A model generated the notes under the pieces. The model was given only the letters and a program-made list of their open reading frames with translations, was not told the DNA's origin and ran no database searches. A stretch of 64,000 nucleotides of DNA from the NCBI GenBank assembly GCA_036172245.1, contig JAYWIR010000038.1, positions 558,001 to 622,000 of the forward strand, given 5' to 3'. How positions within the stretch are numbered: position 1 is the first letter of the stretch; each line of letters opens with the position of its first letter. Of the stretch, positions 1 through 12,200 are shown piece after piece. This DNA is from Raillietiella orientalis (Eukaryota). The position numbers and the translations under genes are program-made.

Positions 1-3000
1 ACAACAGTCAGCAGGAACTTTCCGAAAGTGATCCATGCATCCACTCCTGGAGACCATCCTTTTGCCCAAAGCAAACCACTCGCCATATACACTGTGGATG
101 CTCATTTTCGACCGACACCCTATTCCCTACAAGCACGCTGTGTGCTCAAGTCTTCGTGTTGGTTACATCCCGCGTGGGTGCAATGTCGAGTTTCCTGCAT
201 CTTCTCGAAAAGGAATAATTTTCGGCCGGATTGAAAAATGCAAAAAAAACGGCTTCCAAGGACACAGGTTTGATTTTGAGGAGCATGCCGCCTAAGGATC
301 CCTGACTTGAAGGCAGCATTCGATACGGAAGATCTCAATTCATTCGTCACACCCTGATGAAACTCTGTCTTCTGGTGCTCACTCACCTGTGTCCGAGGAA
401 TTCCTGGCACCTCACCGGGAGTGTCAGTGCACCTGACAACACCTCCACTTTCCACGTGTGATGCAGTGTTTTAACGCTGCCTAACATTGTTTCAGGAGGT
501 TTCCACGACTTTTTTTTTTCCGATCCCATGTTTCCCAATGAGCTCCCTGATTCGGGAACCCCGGAGGGAGGTAGACTTACCCACACCGAAGAACCCATCT
601 TTCGGAAATGAACCCAAAAATCAGAAGTTTCGTATACACCTCCTTACGATGTTCACTTGCAGAGACTTATTGTACGATTTCCTCTAGAAAGCCAAACTTC
701 CATCGGTGCTTTTATCGGTAGCATATCAAAGGAAGGAAGGTTTCGTGCAACTCTCGAGGAGCACGCGGAACTAGGAGCTCTACTAAATTGCGAATACGTA
801 GTATTTTTATTTTTTGACAATGAACGTATACTGAATAATCATTAATTCCCTTTCAAGGAATTGTGCGAAAGAACGCAGGAATGCCTTTCTTGCTGAGGAG
901 TCAGTTTCTTACCTCTAATCTCCTCCTACCCTGCCAATCCGTTGCACGCAGGAACAAACCGTTGCTTTTGTCTTGGCATGCTGGTTCTAGTAGTTTCTCC
1001 CGAGGATCCCGTATAACTCAGGCCTGGATACGTCAGAGTTCCCGATGTATGCAGCAATCTCTACAGAATATATACCAAACGTCTGTGTTGAGGGTTTTCA
1101 TCCTCTGTTGTGTGGAAACACTAAAATGTTCACCTATATAAGGGGGCACCGCAGTTTTTCTTTCTTTCTTCCTTCATAGAGAGTCAGGGACAGTGCAACA
1201 TTGCTCCTGATTTAGTTTGACGAGTTTTTTGTGCCTTGAGCCTTTATTTCCACCCGCTCACGCCGGAACGTTTAGTGTACAAAAAATTATTTACGAAATA
1301 AGTCACATCAAGTACAAAAAAATGCCTTCCTTCGTGGTGGCTTCACATGACCACTACGAGATGCCTCGGAGGCGCTGCTTCTCGGGAGCAGCTCCCCCGA
1401 TGAGGTCCACACTGGAGGAGCAGGGCAAGGGGTAAACAAAAACACACACAAGAAAAACACAAAAGTGGAGTTTCAAAAATGTTGGGAGGGAAGGGAAGGG
1501 ATCACAGGTTTATTCCTGGGGTCTTTAGCATCCCCTGGAGGGTGTTGGCAAATTCCTCTTCCTCTTGTTGCCAGAGATGTGGCCTTCCTCACAAAGGAGC
1601 AGACGATTGGGATGACCTCACCGTTCGCCCGGCCCCTTTCGGCGCGGCTTCTCGCCGCCACCATCCCACGAATGCATCACAGAACTGCAAGGGAGGAAGC
1701 TGCAGGCGACATCGAGTCGCGTGCGAAGAGGCGGCGCAAGACCTCACCGTCATTGTCCGCGGGGAGTGGGAGGGCCGCAGCGAAGCGTTCCCGGACGCTC
1801 AGGAGGGCAACGACACAATCGGACAACCGGTGCGGGGGAGAGGGTTTCCCGTTCCTCGCACCTGGCACAGTCTGGGTCCGTACTCCCCCCTGTCCAGTGC
1901 GTTGCATGGGATCGCCCTGCGAAGCAGCTGCAATGCCGAGTCCCGGCACTCCAGGGGAAGCGTGGAGCTGTCCACACACACTGGAAGTACTTCTGCCTCT
2001 TCAGGAGGAATATCCAGGAGCTCGGCACGGCGACGAACTCCGTCGGGGAAGGCGGCGAGTGCGGAGGTGTCAGCCAGTTGATGCTACCGTCCAGCATCCC
2101 AGCTGCTTCTATTTTCCCGCGATCTCGCCGGATACTTGCCATCTTGCAAGGTCACCGCCGTGCCCATTTCGTTGTATTGTGTTGAGGGTGTCCGCAAGTG
2201 GGGTGTTCCGCTCGCTGGCTGTCTTCCATGGGCAGCCCACGATTTCTTGCAGCGAGCAGCGAGCGCAGTTCGAGAATCGCAGTTATCGCGATGGCTCCGG
2301 GCGCGTGCCGTTTCTTTCCACCCACGCCTGACCCGCTTCCCATTTCCAGGCATGCTTTACGCCTGTATGTAACATGGGAGCCATCAGGCAGATTGATAGT
2401 TCGTTCCCGCTCTGGAAACAAGATGCCAACAAAGCGACACCGCTCTCTCGGTGGAGGGGCTGTGGGGTTCCCTTTCCTTTCGGAGCAACCAGAGCTCAAA
2501 ACCATGGAGCAGAAGGAAAATTGGTGGGCGAAGGACGAAGGGATATCACCTGTGTGGTCGAAACCATCGAAAAATCCTCTTCGGAGGAGGACAGGGACTC
2601 TTATATTTGAAGAAGGAAATTCTGCGCTCACGGAATACGTCGAATCGAAGTACGAAAGAAGCTGATGGACTGAGAGGGAGCATTTCTTGGAGTGCTGAGC
2701 CTTCTTGTACATGGCAAGTACAATGGAATGCCATTCTAACCATCTCGCCTCTCGGCGAACGGCAGAGAAGTAGACATCGCCCTCGGGAGCCGAAGAACTG
2801 GAATTTTTGCTTTCTGATAGCCGTGAATACCAGAGTGTTGCAATCACAGTGCTTCTCCTCATTATAACGATCACATCATTTACGTGTTTGCTCATTTACT
2901 GTCCCCTCTGCTCTATGCAGATCTCTCCCTGGAGCAGTGTCTTCCGAAGTCGCGTCTCTGAGTGGAACTATGCGTGGGTGTTTCCCCGCCTCCGTCCGTC

Positions 3001-3744
3001 CTCAGAGGAGAGAACGCTTTTTCCCTTATTGTGTGTCTATTGCTCTCACAATAGGTGATCCGGTGGCCCGGTGGTGGTTCACAAGCCGATGTGGCCGGCT
3101 TGGGAACCACCTTGCCTTCCTGCGCCATCACTCTGCTTCCTTCTTGGGTTTCAAGGACGCTGACGTAATCCTTCTTTTTCTCCGAAGAAAATAGCTTGTG
3201 GGTTTGCACGACGGATGGAAGAACTGCATGTGCCGTGGCGCTATCTGGTTGCAGATGGAAGAAAGCATCTTCCGGCTGCAGGGCTTTCCGAAGGAGGAGG
3301 ACTCGCGAACCGCCACCAAAAGTTCGACTTGCTGCCCGCGCCACACCTCCTGACTCAGCTACGGAGCGGGCGCTCGCATCTGTGGTGATCGGATGCTGAA
3401 GTTTCAGTTCACCTGAAATGCAAACCTCCTCGCTCCCCAGAGGAGCGGGACAGCAGCAGCATCGGCTGCGAATCGAAAGCTGGAAAGCCTTTTCTGGCTT
3501 TGTAGTCCATCTCGGGAGGAGACCTTTCGGGAAAATGGGAATCCAGAATCATGGCGATGAATGGGAAGAGACAGCCCTTGACCACCACCACTGCAGGTTC
3601 GAGGGATGCCTTCGGCTCGAACGAGCTCTTCGTTGCTTTAGTTATTCCTTCGCGCACCCGCTCTTCCTTTGAGATACAGGTTCGAGGGATGCCTTCCCCG
3701 TAGCTCTTTTTTGACACTGCCCACTCCACACGAGGGTGCATGCT

Positions 3745-4345
3745 AGCTCTGGGCCAACCCCGAGGGACCACCCTATGAATCCGGGAAGGAATTCGGAGAA
3801 GGGAGTTCGTTCCTCTCACGCCTGAGGAGACAAATCCAAAGGAAACCCTCGTCCTGGCTGTCCTCGGAGGGAACCTCGGAGGAAACCTCCTCTTCTTTGT
3901 TCTCTCCGGAGGGACCTCAGCTTTGTGGGAGCCCCTCCTGGTTTCCTCTTCGTCTGAAGAGAACCCCGAGGGGACGCTTCCCATTTTCTCTGAAGGGCGC
4001 TACTTGAAGGGAGCGGTGCGCTGCTCCTCTGGAGAGGCAACATCCTCGATAGAGGTACCAACCAGCTCCATGATACGAGATGGTACGGCTCCATTCGCAC
4101 AACAGAAGAACCCCGAAGGGCTCCTAGAGCTGTCCTGGAAGGACCCCGGAGTGTCAACTTCCAATCCCGTCCAGTCGACAGGGGCGCTTCCGACTTCTAC
4201 CAGTGCCTCCGCACCCGAAGTCAACCGGGGGACCAGCCAGCGTCGTCCTGCAGGGGGGGTTCGAAACCATCCCCCCGCCATTTCTTGGAGTTGGCCCTTT
4301 CTCCGATGGTGTTCGAACCCGCATCGCGCAGTACTGCGCATGTGG
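3745..4345 (-). mobile_element. SINE-like repeat copy (tail degraded); borders approximate
   Basis: Shares family blocks gggaccaccctatgaatcc, gaagagaaccccgagggg, ccaaccagctccatg and ccaatcccgtccagtcgac, plus a B-box-like tgttcgaacccg at ~4310. Confidence 0.75.
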
Positions 4346-7300
4346 GCCGCACCTGAACCGTCTCCTGTTTCCTTAATGCGGTGCACTGGGGGTCGTGGGC
4401 TCGCAGCCGCTCGGCCGCCGACGCGGACAGCAGCTCCAGCCCAGAGGCTCCGCTGAAGCATCTAAACGGCGCCTCGGTGCGTGGCGATGGATCTTTCCCT
4501 GAACTGTAAGGAAAGCAGCGGGGAGTTTCAAGAGACCTCTCCTCTTCCCCACTTCCTTCCATTTAGGTCGAAGTTGCAAGGCGAGTTCCTTCCTGCGAAG
4601 CGTCACTAGGCCGCCTGGGGCTGACTTCTTGATGCTCCACTTTGAGTGCCCGTTCACTCCGACGTACGCTCCACAACCAATAGCCCGGCGGGCCAACACC
4701 TCACGCGGCAGGGAGGCAAACGGCAGTGGGAACCACCAGAGGATGAAGATTCTGGAAGATTCCATGCACCAGGGGAAAAAGGAACGTCGAGCAGTGGAGC
4801 CTTGTGGGAAGAACGGAGGCGCAGCAGGCAGACGTCATCGTCGACCCCCGAGTCCCTAAATGGGATTATTTGAGGCTGAACAATTGGTGAGGACGCGACG
4901 GAAAAAAAAGGAAGCCCGATGCCTTCGGGTCCACGCATAATTCCGGCGTGGCCATCCCTAAGTGCAAGACACCGGGGTCAGAGGAAGAAGACCATGTCCT
5001 CCGTGGGTGGCAGCCCCTCGATCCTGCCGCTTGATAGGCTGCTATGCGACGGACGGGCAGCTTCGGCCGGAGGTTCCTCCGAATACCTTCGGTTACGACA
5101 CGCCTCGCCGTTTCGCGCCAAGTGATCCTGCTTTGCCGCAGGACTCTCGTACCCCAATGCCGTGTTCTGTCCTTTTGCATGGCCGTTCTCGAACTCCTGC
5201 TCCTTGCGAGCATCGGTTCTCGGCAGGCCGAGCTTGGTGTCCACGAAGGGGAGGAGGCTTCGGTCTCGCGAGGACTCTCGTGTGGAAAAGCGGGGGTCAC
5301 CTGAGATGCAAACCTCCTTGCTCCCCGGAGGGGTCAGAGGAAGTAAACCGCGTCAATTCATGTTGGATGCGCACGTGAGGAAGAGAATCAGATCCAGCTG
5401 CAGCACGGCCATCCCTCCATCTCCTGGTCGGAAGGTGGGGGCGAAAGGTTTCCAGGGAGACAACCATCATTCAGCGCCGGTTACAGGGATGCGCGAGCGA
5501 CTTGTGCCAGAGACCACCGGAGTACCCGGCCTGCGTGCTGGTGCGGACCTCCTGATGAACTTCCCTTTTCGGGTTCTTTTGGACCTCATCTTGTTGGTTC
5601 ATTTATTTTTAAAATTATTCCTCCCTTCCACCTACTCCTGCGCCTCTGGCTCGAAATGGGTCAGAGGAAGACCGCGTCCTGCATGGACGGCTGCTCCACA
5701 GAGGACGCCGTGCGGTTTTAATTTCTGGAAGACATCGCCGGGAGAACTCACCAGGGGCTGCGGCGATGTCTTGCGCAGAGGGTGAGGGAGGCGGGAGGGA
5801 TCAACCGGGTTGAGGGTGTGCACTCAACAGACGCCTCGGCAATCGGACCGTGGTTACGGAGAGGCACGAGAAGCTGACGACCCCCATCCCGAAGCCGAAG
5901 CACTGAAGACTGGGAGGTGGCGGTAGCTGCGGGCCCAGATTGTTCCGGGAATGTACTCAAAGATCAAGTGTTCTAGAGAGGAAGGGTGGCAGTCATACTG
6001 ACTGACCATCCCTTGCTTTCGACAATGAGGGCTCATGGAAGCTCCGGAGGAGGCAAGACAGAAGAGGGAGGACGCGTACCGAGGATGACCCCTCCCCTCC
6101 ATTGCGAGAGGCAACTGTAGTAACAATTCTGAGAACGAAGGAGTAACGTAGCGTTTTGGGAAATTGAAAACTATCCTCCCCTCCTCCATCCAAAATAGGC
6201 GGAGAACATCAGAAAAAAGATGGCGTGTTCTGCAGCATTCCCTACACCGTACACATCCATATAGCATTTCCGGGACACGCACTGGAAGCACCGGATGGAT
6301 CTTCCCCCCTCGTGATGAAAGAATACTTAAAAAACACGACGGTTGCATGCTTTGCCCGGAGAGCTCCATTTTAAGTACACACGGGATGGAAATAACGGGG
6401 GTTGCAGTGGGAAAGAGGCATTTCCATCGTCTTCTCCGGTCCCTTCCGTTCCGTTCTTCCTGAGACTTTGTCGTCACAACCGGTGCGTTCCGTAAACCAC
6501 GTGTGCGCTCCCCTTCACGAGTGGCAGCTCCAGGAGCGCTTTCGATTGCAAACGCACACCTGAGCTGTAATGGACATTGCGAAAGTGTTTGTCTGTTTGA
6601 TCTGTGGTGCACACTTTGTCCGTGGCGGCGTCAACCGTGGACAGAGTCCCAGCGAACCCGAGGTTGCCTCAGAGGACATTCGCTGCATGTGAATTGCAGC
6701 TGGCTTCCGGGCGGCGAGTGGGATGCGATCGGTGGCTGATTTCTCTGATTCCTCTCTTTGTTCGACTCAGGGGCGAACCGAGCAAAGAGAGGGCAGTCCA
6801 TCCGTGTGAAGACGCTCGTAGTGAAAGGGGTGATGCGACCTCAGATTTGAAAATCAAGGCGACGCTTGCTGTGCTCTCCTTCACTTGTTTTATTTTCTCT
6901 TTCTGGATGCTTCGACGATGGAGGAGCTGCGGCGGTGACTGAGAAAAGGAAGGGCATCTTTGATCTCATAAGTGTCCACCCAGAGGTAGCTTATTGCTCG
7001 GGGGTGGTAACCAAACTCTAACGTCACAGAGGAAAAGAAAAGAGACAATGGAAAAGCAGTGATTGCGCCGATGATCAGTTGGAGCAGCGTTCACGATGGA
7101 ATGCGCTTTGCATCTGCTGGGGAAGAGCAGCAGGAAGCCAGAAAAGCCAATGAGACGCAATGGGCACGCGGCAGGATGCCCGCTCGATGGAGTGGAGAGC
7201 CTTCCAGACAGCAGGGAGAACGAGCAGGAAGGAGGAGACGTCCTCGTTCAGAAGGGAGACCAGGAAGCGCGCCCTCTGACGAAGCAGCCACGTGGCACCC

Positions 7301-7466
7301 GCTTGCGAAGAAGATATCTGAGATGAGAATTTCCGGGCTCCAGGTGAACCAGGGAAGGAGAATTCTTCCGTGGTTCATCCGGACATGATGATGGAAAATC
7401 CTTTGGGCTTCTATTTTGTCTGCTCTTCCTTCCAGTTCTTTTTTCTTTTGAGGGGAGTGGGGGCTC

Positions 7467-8105
7467 TTTTTTTTTTGGTTCTCAAGGAGTGCTGAAGAAC
7501 AGTCCGACTCCTCAGGAGGGAGAGGGGAGCTCACGAGTCTCTTCTTCAACATGTCCACATGTGTGTGACCCTTCAAGATAGGGAGTGACCCTGGAGGGGA
7601 CCGCCTTATGAATCCAAGAAGGACTCTGGAGCAAGAAGTCCGCTCCACTATCACTCTTGGGAGGAAACCCAGAAGGGAACCCGCTCTTCCTTGATTCTCT
7701 CCGGTGGGAATTCCCGGAATAGGTCCGCTCCTCATTTTTTCTCTGAAGCGAACCCGCAAGGGAACTGCTGCTCCTCGTTTCCTCCTCTGAAGAGAACCAC
7801 GAAGGGAGCTGCACTCTTCTTACTGACACTCTGGAGAGGCAACCCCCAATGGGGGGGAGACCAACCAGCTCCATGGAACGCGCTGAAGATTCCTGGGAGG
7901 TTCCTTCACCGAGGATGGGGACGGCTGCCATTTTTCCCACTGGAAGGGAACCTCGAAGGGTTCCTCGATGTCCTGGAAGGACCTCGGAAGGTCAACCCCC
8001 AATCCCGGCCAGTCGACGTAAGCATCGGCTTCCCAACAGCTCCGCACAGCATTACCTTGCGGGGGAGCTCGCAAGCCACGACGCACCCCCCCGTTCTCGG
8101 CGCCG
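7467..8105 (-). mobile_element. SINE-like repeat copy, head truncated or degraded
   Basis: Tail T11-ggttctcaaggagtgctgaagaac, body blocks ccaaccagctccatggaacgcg and caatcccggccagtcgacg; ends near cacgacgcaccc. Confidence 0.85.
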
Positions 8106-8640
8106 GTGGAAAAGGAGAGAACTCTGCAAGAAGCGGAGATGCGGACGGAACGAGGGGCGCAAACGTGGGCGTCTCTATCCTTCGCACGGCCCCATGCAGG
8201 GGGGATCCCACGTTCCTGTGGGGCGCACGCAACGGTCCACCCGACGCCCTCGAGAGCTGCGGGCTGCCGCATTTCGGAGTTTTTCCGCGGAGTGACTTCC
8301 TCCTGGGGTCAGCGAGACCTCCGTTGCGAAAGATACTGTCCATCGGCGATCTGCTTTCCATCAGGGCTCTCCCCCCCGTCTGGTGCAGCGGAGACGCTCT
8401 TTTCCATCTTCGCAGGGTATTTTCCATTCTGCCTAAATTTTGGGGGACTAGAAAGGCACTCCTGGAGGATTCCCCGGAGAGTAGCACTTTGGATGACATG
8501 CCGGTACAGCAATCTCCCCTGTCCCCGGTCCATCGTCTGAAAACGCAGCCTCCCTTGCATCTCGCTTATGGTAGCACCAATCCGTGCTTATTAGCAGAGA
8601 AACGTGTCGTTCGTCTGGGATGACGTGGCGGATGCAGAAG

Positions 8641-8673
8641 TTTTTATTTTTTCAAATTTTTATTTTTTTATTT
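8641..8673 (-). terminator. Candidate polyadenylation signals (AATAAA cluster) of troponin C
   Basis: Plus strand tttttattttttcaaatttttatttttttattt gives several AATAAA on the minus strand, ~570 nt downstream of the TnC stop, in otherwise GC-rich DNA. Confidence 0.5.
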
Positions 8674-9235
8674 CCACCCTACTGTTTCTTTTTCGATCTT
8701 CCTCGAACGCGCAGCAGCTGCAGCGCCCGACGCCGAGGTCTGCACGGGAGGCGTGACATACTTCCATTTCCATGGTTGCGAGCACCGCACACGGAAACAG
8801 AAGCCGGTCACTTTCCTGAAACGAGATGCATTCCGGGGGGTTGCTTCGTGTCCTTTCAAAGTTCCCGAAAGGCTTGTGCTGCTCAGTGCCTCGGGGAAGC
8901 AGGCGGTAGTTCATCCGACCGCTTCCGCGATCCGCGGCGTTTCTATGGAGCGTTCGGGTGGAGCTTGCGTGTATCCCGTCTGCCTGACAAGGTATATGAG
9001 GGACCTCGTAGGTCGACGTCGAAGCTGCGGACGAGCGGTAGACGGCGTGAAAGAACACGCGCTCCATCTATTGAAAAATACAAGACCACGGAGGGAGAAG
9101 AGAAAAAAAATTTTTTTTTTTTTTCCTTTTTCCAGTTTTCTATCGTTGCGCGTGGGCTGCTCCGTTAAAGACAAGCAGGGCACAGAGAAAAGAAACCAGT
9201 TTTAACGAAGGCGATGTCTTGATCCTCCACTCTAG

Positions 9236-12200
9236 CTATTCGCCCGTCATCATCTCCATAAATTCTGGAAGCAAGCCGTCATTAGTGCTCATGGGCGTGA
9301 GTTTTCGCGGGGATCACCTCCAGGATCCACGCAAAAATCTTCCCCGTTGTCGACGAGGGAGCCTTCGACAAGCACAGCGCCCTGTATCGGCTTGCGAGTG
9401 ACGAGCGCGTGACGTCACGAACCCCCCCGCACCTTGGCGCGCAGCCGCCGCCGTTCCGGTTCCATTGCCGGGCGACGCGAGGCATCCCGCGTGCCGGCGC
9501 GGAAGGAGCGCCGGAGAGAGACGCGCCGCCGGTGATTCGCTGGAGCCCTTACGCGTGCTTCTTTTTTTTGGCGTGGTGGAGCAGATGCGCTGCTCATGCC
9601 TTCCCCCCCCATCCTTTTCTCCCCCGAATCTGCACCCACACCTACGCAACCGCGTGCGCGGACTCGTGAATCGGACTCGGGGCAGAGCCTCGGGGAACGA
9701 CGAGAGAGCGGGGCTGGGAGAGGAGGTTCCGGCGCTGTCATGGCAACGACCCGCCTTCCCGTCGTCGGCGAGATCTGAAGCTCAGTGCTTCGAGATCCTC
9801 CTCGCCCAGCCCTCGGGAGATGGGAAGCTCACGGGCGCAAGGAACCGGGAAACACAGGGAAGAAGGAGGAGGTCGGGACTTCGTCGCGACCGGGGAAGGC
9901 ACGATTCTTCCCGTTTTTTTTTTGGCTGACTCGCCCTGCAGCTGCTGTCCTTCCGGGTTTTCTTCTATTTGGTCCTCAAGGGGTGCCGAAGAACCGCTTG
10001 CCTCCTCATGAGGTGAGTGGGGTGATCCATAGGGTTGCCCCTTATGCATCCAGGAAAGTTCCGGAGGAAGGAGTCCGTTCCCTTCTCACGCTTGGGAGGG
10101 GAACCTCCTCCTCTTCCGTATGCTCTCTGGAGGGATCCCTGTGGGGATCCCTCCTGGTTTCTTCTCCGTAGAGAACTCGGAAGGGATCCTCTCCCTCTTT
10201 TCTCCTCTGAGGAGAACCCCGAAGGGAGCGGAGCGCTTCCTGCACTCTGCGGTTGGTGCTCCCCATAGAGGCGACTCTCTCTATGGGGAGTACCAACCAA
10301 CTCCATGGAACGCGATGAAGGGTCCCCCACTGAGGAGGAGGACGGCTGCCATTTTCCCAGCCGGGGGGGAACCTCACAGGTTTCCTTGATGCCCTGGAAG
10401 GACTCCGGAGGTTCAAATTCCAATCCCGGCCAGTCGACGGAGGCATCGACTTCGCATCCGCGCCGCACGGCGTCATTCTGCGAGGGGTGGGGAGACTCGG
10501 AACTCACGATGCGGTCCGCTTACTCGGAAGGTCGACCCTTTCTCGGGCGGGATTCGAACCCGTGACGCCTGGTGCCTCGCGCGCGCCGAAGCCGCCGCTG
10601 CACGGCGCCGCCCACGTGGGTCGTGTGACTGCAGCAGCAGCTGGGGGAAGGCCGGAAGGGGGGTAAGCCGTATTTCCCTCGAGTGCCCTCTGCGACGGTG
10701 CATCCCATCAGATCATCAGCAGCTGAAGGTCTCGAAAAGGAAAAACTGCGGACCGTGAATTCGAGATCCGTCGAACGCCCGGAAGACGAAGAGCACGCGT
10801 CACTTCAGTAAATTGCAGTCATCTTTTTTTTTCTTTTTCTGAGAGGAAGGGGGAGTGGAGATGAATGTCCCGAAGCGAACTCTGAGCTGGCAGGAATTCC
10901 AGAACGGTCGTCTCGTAGCAAGAGAGCGTTTCCGGACGCGGTGGAGGGAGGAGACGCGCGCGTCCGGAGCTGGAAAATCGGCGGATGTCGACTGCCTCGC
11001 AGCACCAAGGTTTGTCGCGAGGAAGCTGCTGGGTGGACTACGGCGAAGGAGGGCTCCGCTTTGTCTTCCCCCGCGACGCCCGGCTTGCCGAACCGCTTCC
11101 GGCGACAATGCTCGGGATGGCAGTCGGCTCATCCCCCGACCAGAGGGGAGGGGGGAAGAATCTCCCCCACCAGGCTCCTCTCTCTCCGACTCGGTAGAGG
11201 AGGCAGCCCCCGGATCCCGGGGAACTAGGGGGAGCCGCCGCCTCGCTCTGTCTGTCGCGAGGGAGATATGCCTGGAGCTCCATCCTCCTCCCTCCTCAGG
11301 AAGCCAGGATGGATGCGCAGCGATTTGTATCCTTCCCTCGGGATAGGCCGCCGCCGTTCCTACCTCAGCTCCCAGCCTTCCGCAGGCGGAGCGCCCTCCC
11401 CTCTTCTTCTTCCTGCCCTTCGGTTGACTCCCTGCTTCCGGATCCTCGTGGTCCGATGCGACCTGCCCTTCAGCCTGCCAGAGCGGAGCGCTCCCGACTC
11501 CTCCCTTTGCCGGGAGCCGGGTCAGAGGTCTCCAGCACAGCGGCAGCGGTCGGAAGCCGTGGGAGGGGAAGGGAGATTCCGGCTGCGGCGGCTTCCCGCA
11601 CGCCAACACGAGGCGGAGGCGGCGGCGCGGCACGAGAGGCACACGCCAAACCCATCCGCTCCGCTCCAGATCCCCCTTTATCCTTCGGGAACGCCTTCTG
11701 AGAGACGTGCTCCATGTGCTGAACGGCAGCATCAACTGCACTCGTCTCTGCTCCCGACTCAGACTTGGAATGGTGGGGAGCTCTCTTGCGGGAGGGATCT
11801 CTTCCACGCACGGCTCGGTTCCTGGAGGCTGGGGGGTCCGAGGGGACTCTCCGGGGAGTGCAAGGCGCCGCCGACGCATACGTGGACTCCTAGGAGGAGA
11901 GCAGCCCGCGCGTTCCTGACATCAGGGGTGCGCTCTCGAGTTTCCGGTGCCCGCTTCGGGAAGGAGGGGGGACGAGGACTTTTCAGGAGCCGCGCATGAC
12001 ATTTGGCAGCGGCCGTCCTCGGCGCCCTTCAAGGTCTCGGAAAAGAAGCTCCCTTCCGAGGATCCAGGGACACCCGGATCGTCCGCTTCCGCTGCAGGAG
12101 CGAAACCAAGGCGGGACCTCCGGCCGAGAGCCCTGGGCTCGAGCCTTCCGGGAGCCGGCGCGGCGGCACTCGGCGGAATCCTCGACGCAACAGACTCCGG

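Noticed and set aside
1..1400. Possible minus-strand exons (donor-like sites near 386, 578, 910)
   Set aside because: Candidate exons contain stops or give unrecognisable peptides; no consistent gene model.
2807..2920. Sarcolamban/phospholamban-like micropeptide sought because SERCA is nearby (hydrophobic stretches here and at ~5555-5635 and ~6860-6920)
   Set aside because: The hydrophobic stretches lack a suitable short ATG-to-stop frame or clear family resemblance.
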